This document shows positions 60,470-64,000 of a stretch of 64,000 nt of DNA, in pieces. The number at the start of each line of letters is the position of its first letter. Positions within the stretch are counted from its first letter, which is position 1. This stretch comes from Bacteroidota bacterium (GTDB lineage: Bacteria; Bacteroidota; Bacteroidia; UKL13-3): contig CANGVA010000002.1 in NCBI GenBank assembly GCA_947457395.1, forward strand, positions 81,234-145,233, read 5' to 3'. The position numbers were made by a program, and so were the translations under genes. The notes below the pieces were generated by a model. That model searched no databases. It worked only from the letters and a program-made list of their open reading frames with translations, and was not told the DNA's origin.

Positions 60470-61867
60470 TCAGTTGTTTCTGAAAAGTTCAATGGCATGC
60501 AGCACATCAGCATCTTTTTGCAAATGTGGCGAAAATTCGAAAATCAAAAAATGTTCTTCAAAATTCATGGCCAAAGCTGTTTCAAGATGATATAAGGCTT
60601 CCTTTCTTCGGCCTATTTCAAATTCGTAACAAGCTAGCCTGTAGTAGTATAAATAATGATCATCATACGTGAGTGCCTGCCGAAGCAGATCAATTGCAGC
60701 CTCGGTATCGCCTTCAATATGCACTATGTATGATAAGTCAAGCCAGGCTTCAGCCATCATGGGTTCGTCTTCAATGAGTGTGCGCAAAATTTCCTGCGCC
60801 TGCTGCAAATTTCCTCCACGGTATTCTGCATCAGCTAGTGCCAGCGCATATTCTTCGTTTTCGGGCTCAAGCAGCATGGCGCGCTTGTAGTGGTTAAGCG
60901 CCTGCCTGCGGTTGTTCATTTTATCATAAACCAAACCCATACCAAACCAAGCTTCACCTATGTTAGGATTTAGGTTGGTTGCCTTTTTATAATATTCAAT
61001 GGCTTCTTTATCTCTGTTTAACCTTTCCAGGCAACTTGCCAAATTGCAAAAGGTAACAGCATCCTGGCCATCTTTATCTACTACGTTTAAAAACTCTTTT
61101 GCTGCCTCTTCATACCTTTCCATTTCAACCAAATCATTGGCTTTGTTAAATGCTGCAGGAATAAAATCTTCGTCAATGGCAAGACAATAATCATAAGCTT
61201 CTATTGCCTTTTCAAACTGTCCCATTTTACTAAAAGTAATGCCAAGATTATACCATGCCGGGCAGGAAAAAGGGTTCATTTCAATGAGTTTGTTGTAAAA
61301 TTCGGAAGCTTTATCAAACCTTCCCTGTAAATCATAACAGTTGGCAATTTCATAAAAAGCCTGCTGGTTATCGGGTTGTGTTTTTAATATTTCTTCAAAA
61401 TACTCAACAGCTTTGCCGTGTAAATCACAATCTTCGTATACATAAGCAATTTCAAAGAGCATATCAATTCTTTCATCGGCATGTATCAGGGCTTTTGCGA
61501 AACTTGACTCTGCTTCTTCAAAATGCTGAATATTCAGTAGATTCTCTCCCTTGAGTAAAAACAATTCCGGATTAAACGGCTCATACAATTCACACTTATC
61601 AAGCACCTCTATGGCCTCTTCGTGTTTACCCATCAGCCCAAAAACCTCTGCTTTTTTTAATGCAAATCCATTGTAGTAAGGATAAATTTCTTCTCCATAA
61701 TATATCACCTCAAGCGCCTTTTTAAGCTTATCACCGTTTATATAGTATTCACTAATAGCTTCAAGCGTTTCCGCATCGAAATAGTCTTTTGATTTGTTTC
61801 GTATCATTTTTTCAAACCGCGCAGCATGCGAAAGTGTCTCCTCATCTAAAAAATCATCTGCGTCCAT
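60470..61867 (-). CDS. Tetratricopeptide repeat protein
   Basis: Multiple 34-aa TPR units (e.g. AWYNLG...A...Y). Confidence 0.92.
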   Translation of the reverse strand: MDADDFLDEETLSHAARFEKMIRNKSKDYFDAETLEAISEYYINGDKLKKALEVIYYGEEIYPYYNGFALKKAEVFGLMGKHEEAIEVLDKCELYEPFNPELFLLKGENLLNIQHFEEAESSFAKALIHADERIDMLFEIAYVYEDCDLHGKAVEYFEEILKTQPDNQQAFYEIANCYDLQGRFDKASEFYNKLIEMNPFSCPAWYNLGITFSKMGQFEKAIEAYDYCLAIDEDFIPAAFNKANDLVEMERYEEAAKEFLNVVDKDGQDAVTFCNLASCLERLNRDKEAIEYYKKATNLNPNIGEAWFGMGLVYDKMNNRRQALNHYKRAMLLEPENEEYALALADAEYRGGNLQQAQEILRTLIEDEPMMAEAWLDLSYIVHIEGDTEAAIDLLRQALTYDDHYLYYYRLACYEFEIGRRKEALYHLETALAMNFEEHFLIFEFSPHLQKDADVLHAIELFRNN

Positions 61868-62038
61868 AATTTATAACATTAACCTAACAAATATAACAAA
61901 GAGATTTGTGGATACACGCATACACTTATTCGGGTTATAAACATTGGTGTGTGCCTATTTATTTAGCCGCAGTACGATAAGATATTAGCAAAACAACTGA
62001 GTAACTAAATACATTTGCCTCTGATATAGAAGAAACTA

Positions 62039-62878
62039 ATGAAAAGAAATTTTAAGCTTTTTACACTATTTATTTTATTTACAATTAGGGTGTTTGCACA
62101 AACAGATTCTTTGTTAAAAGATGTAGGTGTGGCCGTGTCTCCGTCACATATTAACTTTAATCTGAAACCGGGCGAAAGCAAAACATTTGAGGTAAAGGTT
62201 ACTAATGAAACACAATTAAGGCGTTCATTTGGTATTGTGCTAAATGACTATGATGTTGACCAGGCCGGCAAAACTTCATTTATGGAAAGCGGCCAATCAA
62301 AATATGGCATATCGCAATGGCTAACTATTGCACCAACCTTTTTTGAGGTGGTGCCTGGTGGTTTTCAGAAAGTAAAGGTAACCCTTACCGTTCCTGATAC
62401 GGGTTTTAGCAACCGTGCCGGTTGGTGTTTAATGATGGTGGAAGAAAGAAAGAAAAGAGAAACCATTGATAATAAAGGGGGTGACAAAAAAATATCATTG
62501 GGTGTCATTCCTACTTTTGCCTTTGGCGTCTATATTTACCAGAACCCTCCAACTGTTAAAAACAATAAGGTGGAGATCAAAAACTTTGTTAGCACCCTTC
62601 CTGCTAATAAAAAAACGAGAAACATTGAATTTGCTCTTGAAAATGTGGGGGATGGCATAGCTTTTTGCATTGCGTATGTGGAACTAACCAACTTGAAAAC
62701 GGGCAAACAACAAAAACTGATGGTTAAGAGATTCACCATCCTCCCCGGAAATAGACGAAACTACTTGTTTCCGTTGCCGGAAAATCTTGAACCCGGCAAA
62801 TACTCTGCTGTTGGCGTGCTTGATTTTGGCAGCAACGAGGAGGTAGAGGCAGCGGAATTGAATTTTGATATTGAGTAA
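62039..62878 (+). CDS. Secreted two-Ig-domain protein resembling fimbrial chaperones/DUF916
   Basis: Signal peptide ending FA|Q, then VSPSHI.F...PG....F.V.N, WL...P.....PG....V, EN.GD, ILPG..R, L.PGKY. TACATTTG at 62010-62017. Confidence 0.6.
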   Translation: MKRNFKLFTLFILFTIRVFAQTDSLLKDVGVAVSPSHINFNLKPGESKTFEVKVTNETQLRRSFGIVLNDYDVDQAGKTSFMESGQSKYGISQWLTIAPTFFEVVPGGFQKVKVTLTVPDTGFSNRAGWCLMMVEERKKRETIDNKGGDKKISLGVIPTFAFGVYIYQNPPTVKNNKVEIKNFVSTLPANKKTRNIEFALENVGDGIAFCIAYVELTNLKTGKQQKLMVKRFTILPGNRRNYLFPLPENLEPGKYSAVGVLDFGSNEEVEAAELNFDIE

Positions 62879-63154
62879 ACCCTACTATTTCGGTTGTGTT
62901 TGGCACCTATCAAACATTTGCTGTGTTCCAAAATTCATGCTGAACCAATAATAGCTTTATAATACGGATAGCTGTTTTTGTATGTTTAACGGTGGATTTG
63001 CTCATATGAATAGTGGGTTAAATAAATAATATTTCATACTGAATATCATATTTTTAGGACACCTTATCTGTTTTTCAACAGTTATCCGGTTTTATTTCCG
63101 TCAATTTATTGCCATTTTTGCTTGGTAATTTAATAACAATTAATCCACAGAAAA

Positions 63155-63937
63155 ATGAAAGCTAAAAAATTATTAGTTGCTTTATCGTTTTCAGCGCTAA
63201 CCTCAACGGTAGCCTTCGGTCAGTTACAAGACCAAAAAGATGTAACGTTTACCATGGACCTTCAGCCGATTCTTCAGTTGAACATGACCACACCTAGTCA
63301 GATTGATTTTACTTTTGACGACATCAATTCTTACTACGCAGGTATCACCAGATACGGTGCCACCATTCTCAAAGTAAGTTCAACTGTAAACTGGGATTTA
63401 TATGCTGTTGGTCGCTCTAACGGAACAACAGGTGCCGGCTTCTGGGACCAGCAAATCAGATACGGTTCGGCTGCTGCGGGCGGAGAAACAAACCAGTTAC
63501 CGCTTAGCGCGCTTGAATTGCGTCAAAACACACCTAACGCTGCAACAGGCGGTACTGGTACTTTTGATGATTATAGTTCTGCTTTTCCTCCGGTTGCTGC
63601 ACCAAGTGGAGCCAATAGCTTGTATGTTGACCCAGCGAACTCGAATACCCCACCACTTATTGCCCATAAGTACATTGCAGGTCATAGAGGAACAACAGCT
63701 GTTGGAACAGACGGTATTGCTGGTGGTTCATATTTAACCTCTACCGGTTTAACATCAAACTATTTTTATTCAATTGATTATCGCATTTTGCCTGGTTTGC
63801 CAGCTATTTTCCCAATGGCGTTTGGCCCAGACGGAACAACGCCTCAGGACCTTGTATCTATTAATGGTGCTGGCTCTTTTGCACAGCCTGGTGTTTACAC
63901 CATGTATGTTCAATATATTTTGTTAGAAGACCAATAA
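63155..63937 (+). CDS. Secreted beta-rich protein, putative major fimbrial subunit
   Basis: Signal peptide ending FG|Q, alternating N-terminal strand KDVTFTMDLQP, Gly/Thr/Ala-rich, no Cys, C-terminal PGVYTMYVQY strand. Confidence 0.55.
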   Translation: MKAKKLLVALSFSALTSTVAFGQLQDQKDVTFTMDLQPILQLNMTTPSQIDFTFDDINSYYAGITRYGATILKVSSTVNWDLYAVGRSNGTTGAGFWDQQIRYGSAAAGGETNQLPLSALELRQNTPNAATGGTGTFDDYSSAFPPVAAPSGANSLYVDPANSNTPPLIAHKYIAGHRGTTAVGTDGIAGGSYLTSTGLTSNYFYSIDYRILPGLPAIFPMAFGPDGTTPQDLVSINGAGSFAQPGVYTMYVQYILLEDQ

Positions 63938-63950
63938 GATATACATCTTG

Positions 63951-63992
63951 AAAGGGGGGTGGGCTGTTTTATTACTTGCCCTCCCCCTTTTT
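63951..63992 (+). terminator. Intrinsic terminator after the pilin-like gene
   Basis: AAAGGGGGGTGGGC-loop-GCCCTCCCCCTTT followed by TTAT. Confidence 0.7.
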
Positions 63993-64000
63993 ATATTTAT

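Noticed and set aside
61868..63154. DnaA-box-like 9-mers (TGTGGATAC 61907, TTATAAACA 61935, TTTTCAACA 63072, TAATCCACA 63141) as a replication origin
   Set aside because: All are imperfect and scattered in AT-rich DNA, there is no dnaA/gidA context, and a skew switch cannot be judged at the window edge.

Overview
A 64-kb, gene-dense chromosomal window from a Bacteroidota bacterium. The assignment rests on TAnnTTTG-type promoters, a T9SS C-terminal-domain protein, a CzcA-TolC fusion, and Gln following the signal peptides. In order it holds: a surface-glycan locus (GT4/GT2 enzymes, Wzm/Wzt, GtrB-like plus GT-C, O-antigen ligase-like); a heavy-metal RND efflux operon; housekeeping genes (gpsA, pnp, rpsO, accD, fbaB, uvrA, metK, gltX, purQ, icd, maeB); a TetR-paaA-[four-helix-bundle gene]-paaBCD phenylacetyl-CoA epoxidase operon; an XRE-Fic gene; two carotenoid genes; and, at the right edge, a chaperone-like plus pilin-like gene pair. 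I saw no rRNA, tRNA, CRISPR array, integrase or transposase. The most unusual signal is in the paa operon, where every spacer is built from short tandem repeats (one ~14-nt family, one 8-nt family). Each family is laid out as sense array - gene - antisense array - sense array - gene. One of the resulting stems encloses the four-helix-bundle gene and the other is empty. Further leads are a His/Cys-rich leader ORF ending in IFQPPR ahead of czcA, a possible class-5-like chaperone-usher pilus, and two divergent gene pairs whose start codons share one CATG. All product calls come from recognising motifs by eye; no searches were run.
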